A DNA stretch of 64,000 nt from the human T2T-CHM13v2.0 reference genome, Homo sapiens: the NCBI RefSeq assembly GCF_009914755.1, contig NC_060936.1; one strand, written 5' to 3'. A program made the position numbers and the translations under genes. Below are positions 1 to 18,400 of this stretch, one piece after another. Numbering within the stretch: position 1 is the first letter of the stretch; every line of letters begins with the position of its first letter. The notes beneath the pieces are model-generated. The model had not been told where the DNA came from and made no database searches. It worked only from the letters and a program-made list of their open reading frames with translations.

Positions 1-652
1 GAGGATGTGGAGAAATAGGAACACTTTTACACTGTTGGTGGGACTGTAAACTAGCTCAACCATTGTGGAAGTCAGAGTGGTGATTCCTCAGGGATCTAGA
101 AGTAGAAATACCGTTTGACCCAGCCATCCCATTACTGGGTATATACCCAAAGGATTATAAATCATGCTGCTGTAAAGACACATGCACACGTATGTTTATT
201 GTGGCACTATTCACAATAGCAAAGACTTGGAACCAACCTAATGTCCAACAATGATAGACTGGATTAAGAAAATGTGGCACATATACACCATGGAATACTA
301 TGCAGCCATAAAAAATGATGAGTTCACATCCTTTGTAGGGACATGGATGAAGCTGGAAACCATCATTCTCAGCAAACTATCGCAAAGACAAAAAACCAAA
401 CACCACATGTTCTCACTCATAGTTGGGAATTGAACAATAAGAACACATGGACATAGGAAGGGGAACATCACACACCGGGGCCTATTGTAGGGTGCGGGGA
501 GGGGGGAGGGATAGCATTTGGAGATATACCTAATGTTAAATGATGAGTTACTGGGTGCAGCACACCAACATGGCACATGCATACATATGTAACTAACCTG
601 CACGTTGTGCACATGTACCCTAAATTTTAAAGTATAATTAAAAATAATCAAA
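1..652 (+). mobile_element. L1PA (L1PA4-like) 3' end, cut by the window edge
   Basis: ORF2 C-terminus ([17 protein letters not shown]...), L1 3'UTR G-tract and A-rich tail. Confidence 0.93.
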
Positions 653-745
653 GTAAGATTTGACAACAGAAATAATAATGATGGCAGCTGTGAGGGGTAA
701 CAGGAGTACTAAATGATGGTAATAACATGTAAGATATGAAAGGAT

Positions 746-6787
<6,042 letters not shown>

Positions 6788-7295
6788 AAGATACGAGAGG
6801 ATATTTTGAAGAAAAGCATTCCAAGATTCCTTGTTTGATTGGAAGAAGGGGAAAGATATCAATGTATTTTATACTTGAACAAATCATATCTGTATGTTAA
6901 AATTTTATGGTTAGCCACCAAAAGAATAGAAGCGGAACATCTACCTTCCCAGTTAGTGTCAGTGGGGAGGGTAGCCATGGTAACAAATACAAAAGTTTTC
7001 CCCAAATTTCTATTTCTTTTGTTCCTCAAATGCCAGTTTCCAATATCCTCACAGTTTTGATGACACCTCTACAGTCACTATTGGTTGACTCTGTATATCC
7101 TTCTTAAAGACTAGATAGAGCCTAATATTGTATTTTATATTCCAGGACTATATAACCAATTTAGAGAGACTAGCACCTCTTCGGTAGCCCTCCTAATGAA
7201 ATATACTGATTTTTTAAATTTTAGTCATTGTTGTGTAACATTTTCCATATGAAAAAACAAAAAAGATAAGAAATACAAACCATTTTCAAAAATAG

Positions 7296-7630
<335 letters not shown>

Positions 7631-7739
7631 AAAAACAGAACTTTTTTAAAAAAATAGAACATTTTTAAAGCTGCCCAAACAATCTCAAAGGAATCCTTTT
7701 CCCTCAAAATACTTTAATGAGCTTATATTTTTTCTATAT

Positions 7740-9720
7740 GGCACATAGAAAAGTGCATAACATTTCTAGCTCATAGATCTATTGTAAAAGGAACGTCCAT
7801 GTAGTCGCCATGTAATTAACTGAAATAGAGAAATTATTATACTGAGTCTCCACTTGCCAGCCTCCAAGATAAGAATCAGCTACTGACCTGATTTTTGAGA
7901 TTATCAACATAACCATTTCTATATACATATCAAACTATGATTTACTTTAATCTGTTTTTAAACAATACAAATGGAAGTATGGAGTATTTTTTTTAATTTT
8001 GTACCTGGATTCATTCATTCAAAATTATATTTGTAAGATTCAACCATGTTGTGTGTAGCTGTATAGTTCATTCATTCTCATTATTGTATACTGTTCCACC
8101 ATGTTAATAAACCAAAATGTATTCATTTCTCTGTTAATGGATATTTGGGTTGTTTCCAGTTTGAAGCTATTGCAGATAATGCTACTATATTATTGTATGT
8201 ACTTCCCAGTACACACATGCAAGACTTTTTTGGGAATATATACTTTAAATTAGAATTACTGAGTTACAAGGTATCTATATCTTGAACGTTATCAGATAAT
8301 GTACACTGTTTACCAAAATAGTTGTACCAATTTATATGTCCACCTGTGGTGGATGAAAGCTCCTTTATCAATCTATTAGATGTGAGTTGGTATTTCACTG
8401 TGGTTTGAATTTGTATTTTCTTTATGACTAATGATGGTGGACAACTTTACATATGTTTATTGACCATTTGGTGTTCTTCTGGGAAATATCAGTTCATAAA
8501 CAATTTGTCCATTTTTCTATCAGGTTGTCTTTCTTCTTTATCTTCCCACTCTAATATAAACTTCACAAGGACAGAGATCTCTGTCCTGTATTCCAAGCAC
8601 CTAGAACAGTGCTCCTGGTCACAACAGTCTTTCAATAAATATTTATCAAATTAATGAATGAAATTTCTGGATAGTAGGTGGGGTATATACTTTGTAAATA
8701 TCTTCACTCACTTTGTGGTTTATTTTTTATCCTACAATTCTTTTGAGGAACTGAAGTTCTTTTCATCAAATTTATTAGTTTTTCTTCATGACTGGATTTT
8801 TTTATCTTGTTTATGAAATCACTTCTTATTCCAAGTGACTTTTTCTATATTATACGCTGAACACTTTATAAATTTGTCTTTCATATTTGAGTGTTTAATC
8901 CAACTTGGATGTATTACTTATATAGTTCCAGTATCTCCTTGCTCCATATGATCTCCCAATTATTCCAGCACTATTTATTAAAATGCCTGTCCTTACTCAC
9001 CAATCTGCGATACCCACTCTTCCATATATCAAATGCCTTTAAATGTACATTTCTGCTTCTGGGCTCTACTCTATTGCAGTTATCTATTTGTCTATTGCTG
9101 TGCCAATATCATAGTGTCTTTTTACATTAGCTTTATAATACAGCAACAATTGATAGTGCAAATCCTCCTTTTTCAAGAATACCTTGACTGTATTTGGCCC
9201 TTTGCATTTCTGAATAACTTTTAAATCAGCTCATCAAAGTCAACAAAAAATATGTTGGAATTTTGACTGGTAGAGCATTGAATCTATAAAGCTTTTTAAT
9301 ATCAAGTCTTCAATCAATGAACGTGGAATATCTCTCCACTTAGATTTTCCTAGACATATCTCAGGAATGTTTTAATCATTTTCCCATAGCTGTCATATGT
9401 ATCTTTTGTTGGATTTATTCTGAGGAATATCATGCTTTTAATGCTATTCTAAATAGCATCCTTTCAAAATTTCATTTTCTATTTGATGCTAAAGTATAAA
9501 ATTTATAATTTTGAGTTTAAATATTAATGCTTACATCTAGTAACATTGTAAATTTTCTTATTATTGCAAATACTGTATCCATAAACTTTTAAAATTTTTC
9601 TAGATACATGATGTAATCTACTTTTAAGAACACTTATTTCTTTTTTTTCAAGTTTTCCAATCCTTATACTTATTACTACTTTTCTTTTTATGTACCGTGC
9701 TGGATAGTATTCCTGGCACA
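7740..9720 (-). mobile_element. Ancient L1M (L1ME-like) fragments with an L2 3' end at about 8545-8662
   Basis: Degenerate antisense L1 3'/ORF2 phrases (ggatatttgggttgtttccag, gcattgaatctataa); L2 tail aataaatatttatcaaattaatgaatgaa. Confidence 0.65.
9040..9305 (+). repeat. Inverted repeat arm A (source copy, intron 6)
   Basis: Reverse complement of 14004-14269; 263/266 identical, no gaps by manual alignment. Confidence 0.97.
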
Positions 9721-10828
9721 ACACTGACTATGTCACTAGTTTTCATTGATTCTATGCTAGTCTTTTTTATGCTGAGAACTTCCTAAAACAAAGAGTGTGT
9801 ATATTTACTAATCTCTATATTGACATAAGCCCCATGAAAACTCAATAAATATTTGTTGAAAGACTAAAGCTATCAATTAATTTTAATTTTAATTTTAAAT
9901 GTTTTGCATGACAAGAATAACATTGTAAAGAAACCTGATGATTCAGCTAGGAATGCGCTCCACTGAAAGAAACAGAAAACCTAACAAAAGTGGCTTACAC
10001 AATATGGATGTTGTTTATTGTATCATTCAACAAGAAAATGAAAGATAAGCATCTGTTGGCATTGGTTCAGCAGCAGAAGGATGGTAGGCCAGATATATCT
10101 GCTATTTTTATGACCTTTCCCTTATGGTCACAAGATGACTGCTACAGCTCTGGGCATGACATCCTAGTGTAATAAAAGCAGGAAGAAACAGAGAAGGGGC
10201 AGCTAAGTCTGTCCTTTTGTGAGAAAGGCAGATACTTTACTGGATGTAACCAAAACTGACTCAACTTAGTTTTCATTGGCAAAAACTAGCTGATATGGCT
10301 ATCTCAGGGAGCAATTAAGTGTGGGGGCAAAACACACGACCGTTGAAATTAATTTCAACTTATCACCTGAGACTGGTCTCGCTGCTGCTTCATCGTGGTA
10401 CTCTTATCAAGATAGACATGCTAGCAGATGTAAGTGCCTGCCACATGTGATTCACAATTTTTCCTACTGCTTTCTTAATTTCATCCTTAGAGAATACAAT
10501 TAGAAATAAGCTGCTACTACTGCTAACCAAAGATCTCCTCCAATGTTTTATTAATTTTACACATGAACTAGGAGATATTCCATTAAAGCCTTTGTTAGGA
10601 AATCTGTTTAAACAACAGAATAAAAGGGATGACTTTGAGATAGAATTTTAGTGACATCTCCAGTTTCTGGTTACATGATATTGGTTAAGCTTCTGAAAAA
10701 TCAAGTAAATCCACAAACTTTCCTGATATGAATCTAATCTCATTAATTTTCCTTTTCATTTAATCAACAAATATCAGCCAGTCTGTAAAAGCCCACTGAA
10801 AGGTCTCTTAATTCAGTAGTAGTCTTAC

Positions 10829-10922
10829 CTCAGGTATGCTCCATACATGAAGAACAATCCCATCATTAGTCCATTTAAAATAAAGATTACACCAACATAA
10901 AAGCAAGCAGGATCTCCCAATC
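10829..10922 (-). CDS. DPY19L2: DPY19L2 exon 6 (94 nt); the gene continues beyond the left edge of the window
   Basis: tttcaaag|GA...CTGAG|gtaaga; encodes GLGDPACFYVGVIFILNGLMMGLFFMYGAYL(S), a hydrophobic TM segment. Confidence 0.96.
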
Positions 10923-11082
10923 CTTTGAAAAGATACAGATAATCAGTGTTTAATGAATATATGACTCTAAGGCAATTGGGCATAATTATCTCAGTGCTTT
11001 GCAATCAAGAGCTCGTGAATTTGCTGAAAGCATTTGCTTTCCAGATTGCTGCTGTGTTTAATTATTTACCCTTATAAGAGTT

Positions 11083-11160
11083 TGTGTGTGTGTGTGCTTG
11101 CAGACACATATATATGTATGTGTGTATATATATGTGTGTGTATATATACACATACACGTA
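11083..11160. repeat. (TG)n/(TA)n compound microsatellite
   Basis: tgtgtgtgtgtgtg...tatatatgtatgtgtgtatatata. Confidence 0.85.
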
Positions 11161-11699
11161 TGTAAGCTCACCCTTAATGAGTGATTATATAGTTACACTT
11201 ACACTTTATACTTTTTATAATTGCATTTATACTTTCCTCCAATGAATTACTATTATACTGTAATGATTTGTTGGGGATTCACATTTATTTAGGTGATGCT
11301 GCTAGTGTTCAGTGTCTGGAACTGTCTGTAGAACCACTTAATGAATACAAAAGAAAATCCATTACATTATTTTTATCTTTTGCTAGGTTCTAGGAAGAGT
11401 TAAGATATGGTTTTGACTTTAGGGTACAGCTTTAGTCTATATGAAATGATCCAGTCATTTGATCCATTATTATGTATAGCTAGAATCTTAGTATATTCCA
11501 TATAGAAGATCATGTGTGTGTGTGTGTGGCAATATGTACTTAACAATCATCCCACACTTTTCTCAGAACAAGTTTATGATATTAGCTGGTATAAACATAC
11601 TTTTCTTATGGTTGAGAAAACAGAACATAAGATATTCAACTTGTCAAAGGTTATTTCACTTTAACTGGCTGGAGCCAAGGTCTGAAGGCTGGCCTTCTG

Positions 11700-12700
11700 A
11701 TTCCCCCTGCCTCTCTGATCGCTCGTTTCAGTCAGTTCTAGTAACTTCTCTTGTTTTATGTACCACTCTTTAATATTGGACCACCTTAGGCTCTGTCATA
11801 TCCCCCCTTCATTTCTCCATCTGCATATTCTCCATAAGGAAATTCTTCCACATCCACAGCTCCAATGATCTATATACAGATGACTCCAACTCTACATTTA
11901 ATCCAGAACTTTCTCCTTATTCTTATACCCAGATAGCCACTTGATGTCCCCACTCTGAGGTCTCTCAAGTACCTCAAATTCATGCATACACAATGAAACA
12001 TAACAATACAAACCTGCTGCTGTTCAAATGTTTCCTATCACTCAAAGGAGCTCAGTTACTTAAGCTAGAAACCAAACTATGTTTCACATGATTCTTCACT
12101 CACCTTCTCCTCTCTTACCAAACAATTACCAAGTCTTGTCCATTCTGCTTCCAAATTCTCTCTCATACCCAGGCATTTCCACATTATCTTTCCTGCAATC
12201 ACTTGTTGAGAATATAATTGTCTCCTACCTGGCCTCCCTTAACCTACTTTTGTTCCTTTACTAATATTTTTTCCATACCATTGACTAAATAATGTTTTAA
12301 AATGGAACTCTGTTAAAATTCTTCAATGGATAAAGTATAAAATCCTTCACCAGTGCACCCCTTTCATGATCTGATCCTTGCTTATATTCCCAGCACCATT
12401 TCACATCATTTTTCTTCTCCATCGCTTCTAGGATTTCTAGCCTTCTTTCAGTTCTCTCTTGTTTCAGGGTATTTGAATATATTATTCCCTATTCTTAAAA
12501 TACTTATCCTCTCTTACTCCTAGTGTCAGTAACCTTATTTTCTTATTTGTAATATCCATCACAGTTGTAACTGCTAACAGCCCCCTTACAGCATAAGCTC
12601 TATGAGGGTAAGGCCCCACGTCTAGCTGGTTCATCTCTGTGTCCCAAGTGCCAAACACTAACTTATCACTTATTGGGAATGTAACTAATACCATACTTAG
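11700..12700 (+). mobile_element. L2 LINE remnant
   Basis: L2 phrases gatgactccaactctacatt and taagctctatgagggtaagg...tgtgtcccaagtgccaaacac. Confidence 0.65.
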
Positions 12701-13668
12701 GTGATCATTTTCACCACTCAGACAGGGTCACACCTTCCAGCTGATTGAATCATTGCAAAGTCTTTCATTTTATGAGGCATTTTCTCCAATCCTTTACATT
12801 GTACACAAAAAAGTATAATTGCCCCTCAAACATCCTCATCAATTCTATTTTTACTGAGGGAATCAGTAAAAAATGTAAGGAAAATAGATTTAGTTTATAT
12901 CCCAAGAGTTGAATGTTGTTACAAACAAGTCTAAAAATTTATTCATAAAATATAGTAAGTCATGTTGTTAAGAATTTGAAGAAATAAAGAAAAAACTACA
13001 GTGTTAGTGTTATGAAAACAGATACAAGTGGCTCTGAATGAGAGTCTCAAGGGACGGCACCATACTTGAATTGTAAAAGTGCTGAAATGCAAACATCTTA
13101 AATGGAAGTGACCACTATGTATCCTGGAAAGCTGTTAGATGATTCCAAAAGTGGTTCTTTGACAAAGAAACCAATGTAGAAGATAAATAGGAAGAGTTTT
13201 ATTAATAGTACTCATGGACTATGAGCATATATAAAAAAGTAATATTTCTAAATCAATCTATTATGGCATATCCAATTTTTAAATATGTATGCATAATTAA
13301 ATTTATACATTAGCTATTACAAATAGATATTTGACTATTTAATGTATCCTCAAAATTTATATATTGCAGCTACCCCAAAAAACATCTTTCTGTATCTTCT
13401 CATTCTGAAATAGAAGACTAACTTATAGTCAAGATTGCCTTACAATGGGATATGTTAATACTCAAATTCCAAAATTTATACTCAAATTTTTAAGTACACA
13501 GCCTTCTCAGAAAACTATTTTAAAATGTAAAATACTCATTGATGTGAGTCAGTTCTAATGTTTTTTAAATCAACAACAGAATTTTACAATAATTCTTAAA
13601 AGTGAATCATAATATTATTAAATGTTTATGAATGTTTACAAATGACAGCATTTTTGGAAGAAACATGC

Positions 13669-13789
13669 CTTCACAGCTTTGAACTTCATTAAGAGGTTCT
13701 ATTCTGGTGACATTCCAGCAGGTCTTAGTTTCTAGTCCAAATAAATTCATTATTCCCATGAATGTGCAATACCAGGAGGCTATGATTAC
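13669..13789 (-). CDS. DPY19L2: DPY19L2 exon 5 (121 nt, GC donor)
   Basis: tttttaag|GTA...GAAG|gcatgt; encodes [40 protein letters not shown](G); continuing the frame into exon 6 requires the GC donor. Confidence 0.95.
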
Positions 13790-13839
13790 CTTAAAAAAGA
13801 TAAAAACAAAGAGATAATTGAGGTAAATACATTCTCTTC

Positions 13840-13840
<1 letters not shown>

Positions 13841-13873
<33 letters not shown>
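13841..13873. repeat. (TAA)11 microsatellite
   Basis: Direct read; about 50 nt upstream of the exon 5 acceptor. Confidence 0.95.
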
Positions 13874-13875
<2 letters not shown>

Positions 13876-14003
13876 TATACCATGGAATACTATGCAGCCA
13901 TAAAAAAGGATGAGTTCATGTCCTTTATAGTGACATGGATGAAGCTGGAAACCATCATTCTTGGCAAACTATCGCAAGGACATAAAAACAAACACTGCGT
14001 GTT
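13874..14003 (+). mobile_element. Tail-less 130-bp L1PA fragment (end of ORF2)
   Basis: accatggaatactatgcagccataaaaaaggatgagttcatg...aaacactgcgtgtt; no poly(A) and no TSD. Confidence 0.92.
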
Positions 14004-14269
14004 TTGATATTAAAAAGCTTTATAGATTCAATGCTCTACCAGTCAAAATTCCAACACATTTTTTGTTGACTTTGATGAGCTGATTTAAAAGTTATTCAGA
14101 AATGCAAAGGGCCAAATACAGTCAAGGTATTCTTGAAAAAGGAGGATTTGCACTATCAATTGTTGCTATATTATGAAGCTAATGTAAAAAGACACTATGA
14201 TATTGGCACAGCAATAGACAAATAGATAACTGCAATAGAGTAGAGCCCAGAAGCAGAAATGTACATTTA
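14004..14269 (-). repeat. Inverted repeat arm B (derived copy, intron 4)
   Basis: Reverse complement of 9040-9305; fused to an L1PA fragment on its left. Confidence 0.97.
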
Positions 14270-14378
14270 GAAATGTACCATAACTTATATGGTTATGAGT
14301 TCCGTGGGCTCTCTTTGTGCCTCATTTTCTGAGATTTGGAGTTAAAGAGGCTGGCAATCCAGAAATGCCAATGGGCAC

Positions 14379-14763
14379 TGCTATAGTTTGAATGTGTCCC
14401 ATCCAAAATTCAGGTATTGAAACTTAATGGCCAATGTGATAGTATTAAGAGATGGGACCTGCAAGAGGTGATTAGACCATGAAGACTCCCCCCTCATGAG
14501 TGAGATTAAAGCTATCTTACTCTCCTACTGTCTGCCGTGTGAGGACACAGTGTTCCTCTCCTTCAGAAGATGCAACATCAAGGCACCATCTTGGAAGCAG
14601 AGAGCAGCCTTCACCAGACACCAAATCTGCTGGCACCTTGATCTTGGACTTCCTTGGACTCCAGAATTCTTAGACTCCAGAATTGTGAGATATAAATTTC
14701 TATTCTTTATAAATTACCTAGTCTCAGATACTTTGTTCAAACAGCACAAAACAGACTAAGACA
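14379..14763 (+). mobile_element. MaLR solo LTR (MST/MLT1A-like)
   Basis: TGCTATAGTTTGAATGTGTCCC...CAGACTAAGACA termini; gctggcaccttgatcttggacttcc motif. Confidence 0.85.
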
Positions 14764-14870
14764 AATATACAAAAAGTACCCAAAAAGTCAAAAGTAAAAA
14801 AAATGTGGCTCTACCCCTACCGTATAAACAAAGGCCAAGTGGGGAAGCTAGACTTCCACCTTCCCTGGGC

Positions 14871-15110
14871 TTTTTTTTTTTTGAGACAGAGTCTCGCTCT
14901 TTTCACTCAGGCTGGAGTGCAGTGGCATGATCTCGGCTCACTGCAACCTCTTCCTCCTGGGTTCAAGCCAAGTCTCCTGCCTCAGCCTCCCAAGTAGCTG
15001 GGATTACAAGTGCCCACCACCATGCCTGGCTAATTTTTATATATTTAGTAGAGACAGGGTTTCACCATGTTGGCCAGGCTGGTCTCAAACTCCTGACCTC
15101 AGATGATCCT
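14871..15110 (-). mobile_element. AluS, 5'-truncated
   Basis: Poly-T followed by gagacagagtctcgctct...ctcctgacctcagatgatcc. Confidence 0.9.
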
Positions 15111-15444
15111 GAAAGCAACAAGATGGTGCCTTCCCCCTTTTCCCCTTCCTTTGCTTGAGTGATACCAGAGGTATCTAGTTAAAATAGCAGGTTTAAATAA
15201 AATCTGGTCTCATAACATAATACTCAAAATATCTAGGTTTCAAGTGAAAATCACTCATCAAGATCCAGAAAGATCTCAAACTGAATGAGAAATAAATGGA
15301 TTCCAATACAGAGATGAAAGAAATATTAGCATTATCAAGGATTTTAAAGCAACAATCATAAATATACTCTAATGAGCATGCTTAAAACAAATGGAAAATT
15401 TGAAAAGTTTACCAGAGAAATAGATAGTCTCAGCAAAAAAAACA

Positions 15445-18400
15445 GAAATCAATACTAAGAACATCTCTCAAAACCACATAATTACACGGAATTTAAACAA
15501 CCTGCTCCTGAATGACTTTCTGAGTCAACAAAGAAATTAAGGTAGAAATCAAGAAATTCTTTGAAACTAATGAAAATAAAGATACAACATACCAGGATTG
15601 CTGGAACACAGCTAAAGCAGTGTTAAGAGGAAAATTTACAGAGCTAAATGCCCGCTTCAAAGTTAGAAAGATCTCAAATTAACAACCTAACATCACACCT
15701 AGAGGAACCAGAAAAATAAGAGCAAACCAACCCGAAATCTAGCAGAAGACAAGAAATAACCAAATCAGAGATGAACTGAATGAAATTGAGACACAAAACA
15801 CCATACAAAAGATCAACAAAACCACAAGTTGGTTCTTTGAAAGAACAAATAAATTTAATAGACCACTAGCTAGACTAATAAAGAAAAAGAGAGAGAAGAC
15901 CCAAATAAACACAATCAGAAATGACAAAGGATATATTACCATTGACCCTGTAGAAAAGCAAAAAACTCTGAGAGACTATTACAAACAACTCTATGGACAC
16001 AAACTGGAAAACCTAGAAGAAATGGCTAAATTCCTGGAAATATATAACCTCCAAAGATTTAACCAAGAAGAAATGAAAACCCTGAATAGACCAATAACAA
16101 GTTCCAAGACTGACTCACCAATAAAAAGCCTACCAGCCAGAAAAAGCCCTGGAACAGATGACTTCACAGCCAAATTCTACCAGACATAAAAGGAGAGCGG
16201 ATACCAATCATACTGAAACTATTCCAAAAACTTGAGGGATTCCTCCCTTACTCATTCTATAAGGCTAACATCATTCTGATGCCAAAATGTGGCAAAGCCA
16301 CAATGTAAAAAAGAAAACTTCAGGCCAATATCTCTGATGAACATAGATGCAAAATCCTCAACAAAATACTAGCATACTGAATCCATCAGCACATCAAAAA
16401 GCTAATCCACCACAATCAAGTAGGCTTTATTCCTAGGATGCAAGGGTGGTTCAACACAGGCAAATCAATAAATATGATTGATCACATAAAAGAACTAAAA
16501 AAACCCCCACATGTTTATCTAAATAGATGCAGAAAAGACTTTTGATAAAATTCAACATCCTTTCATTTTAAAAGCCTTCAACAAAGTAGGCATTGAAGGA
16601 ACATACCTCAAAATTGTAAGAGCCATCTATGAAAAACCCATAGCCAACACCATACTGAACAGGCAAAAGCTAGAAGCATTTGCCTTGAGAACTGGAACAA
16701 CAAAAGGGTGTTTACTCTCCCCACTCCTATTCAACATAGTACTGGAGGTCCCAGCCAGAGCAATCAGGCAAAAGAAAGAAAGAAAATAAATCCATATAGG
16801 AAGACGGGAATTCACACTATCTTTTTTGTAAACAATATAATTTTATACCTAGAAAGCCCCATAGTCTCTTACTAAAAGCTCCTAGATATGTCTTTTTAAA
16901 ACTTCAGCAAACTTTCCGGATGTAAAATCAATGTACCAAAGTCAGTAGTATGTCTATGCACCAACAATGTCCAAGCTGGGAGCCAAATCAAGAATGCAAT
17001 CTCATTCACAATAGCCACAAAAAAAGTAATAAAAAAACTTATAAAAGAATACCTAGGAATACAGCTAATTAGAGCGGAGAAAAATCTCTACAATGAGAAT
17101 TACAAAACACTGCTGAAAGAAATCAGGGGCAATAAAAACAAATGGAAAAACATTCTATGCTCATGAATAGGAAGATTCAATATTGTTAAAATCACCATAT
17201 TACCAAAAGCAATTTACAGATTCAATGCTATTCCTACCAAACTACCAATGACATTTTTCACATAATTAGAAAAACTATTCTAAAACTTATATGGATACTC
17301 CTTCAACATAAATAAGGTTAAAATAAATAAATAAGTAAATAAAATAAAACACATATGAAACCAAAAAATAGTTCAAATAGCCAAAGCAATCCTAAGCAAA
17401 AAGGACAAAGCCAGAGACATCATAGTACCCAACTTCAAACTATATTTCAAGGCTACAATAACCAAAACAGCATGGTGCTAGCACAAAAACACACACATAG
17501 ACCAATGGAACAGAATAGAGAGCCCAGAAATAAAGTCACACACCTAGAACCATCTGATTTTCAACAAACCTGACAACACAAGTCAATAGGAAAAAGGACT
17601 TCTTATTCAATAAATGATGCTGGGATAACTGGCTAGCCATAAGCAGAAGACTGAAACTTCACCTTTCTTTTCCCCATACACAAAAATCAACGCAAGATGA
17701 ATTAAAGACTGAAACGTAAAACCTAAAACAATGAAAACCCTAGAAGAAAACAGAAAATATCATTCTGGACATAGACCCTGGCAAAAATTTCATGATGAAG
17801 ATGCCAAAAGCAATTGCAACAAAACAAAGATTGACAAATGCAAACTAATTAAATTAAAGAGCTTCTGCATAGCAAAAGAAACTACCAAGGGAGTAAACAG
17901 ACAACCTACAGAAAGGGAGAAAATATTTGCAAACTATTCATCTGACAAAGGTCTAATATCCAGAATCCATAAGGAACAAATCGAAAGTAAAAAAAAACCC
18001 AAATAAAAAATGGGTACTCTGTGCCACTCCCAGTCACAGCCTCCCGTGCCTTGCTCAGCTCCAACATGGCAAAAATCTCCGGCCCTACAGAGACTGCGCG
18101 GTGCATTGAGTCCCTGATAGCTGTTTTCCAGAAGTATGCTGGAAAGGATGGTTACAACTGCAATCTCTCCAAGACGGAGTTCCCAAGCTTCATGAATAAA
18201 GAGCTGGCTGCCTTTACAAAGAACCAGAAGGACCCCGGTGTCCTTGACCGCATGAAGAAACTGGCTGTCAGCAGCGATGGGTAGTTAGATTTCCCAAAAT
18301 TTCTTAATCTGATTGGTGGCCTAGCTGCGGTTTGCCATGACTCCTTCCTCAAGGCTGTCCCTTCCCAGAAGTGGAACTGAGGACCCCTTGGGCCTGGCCT

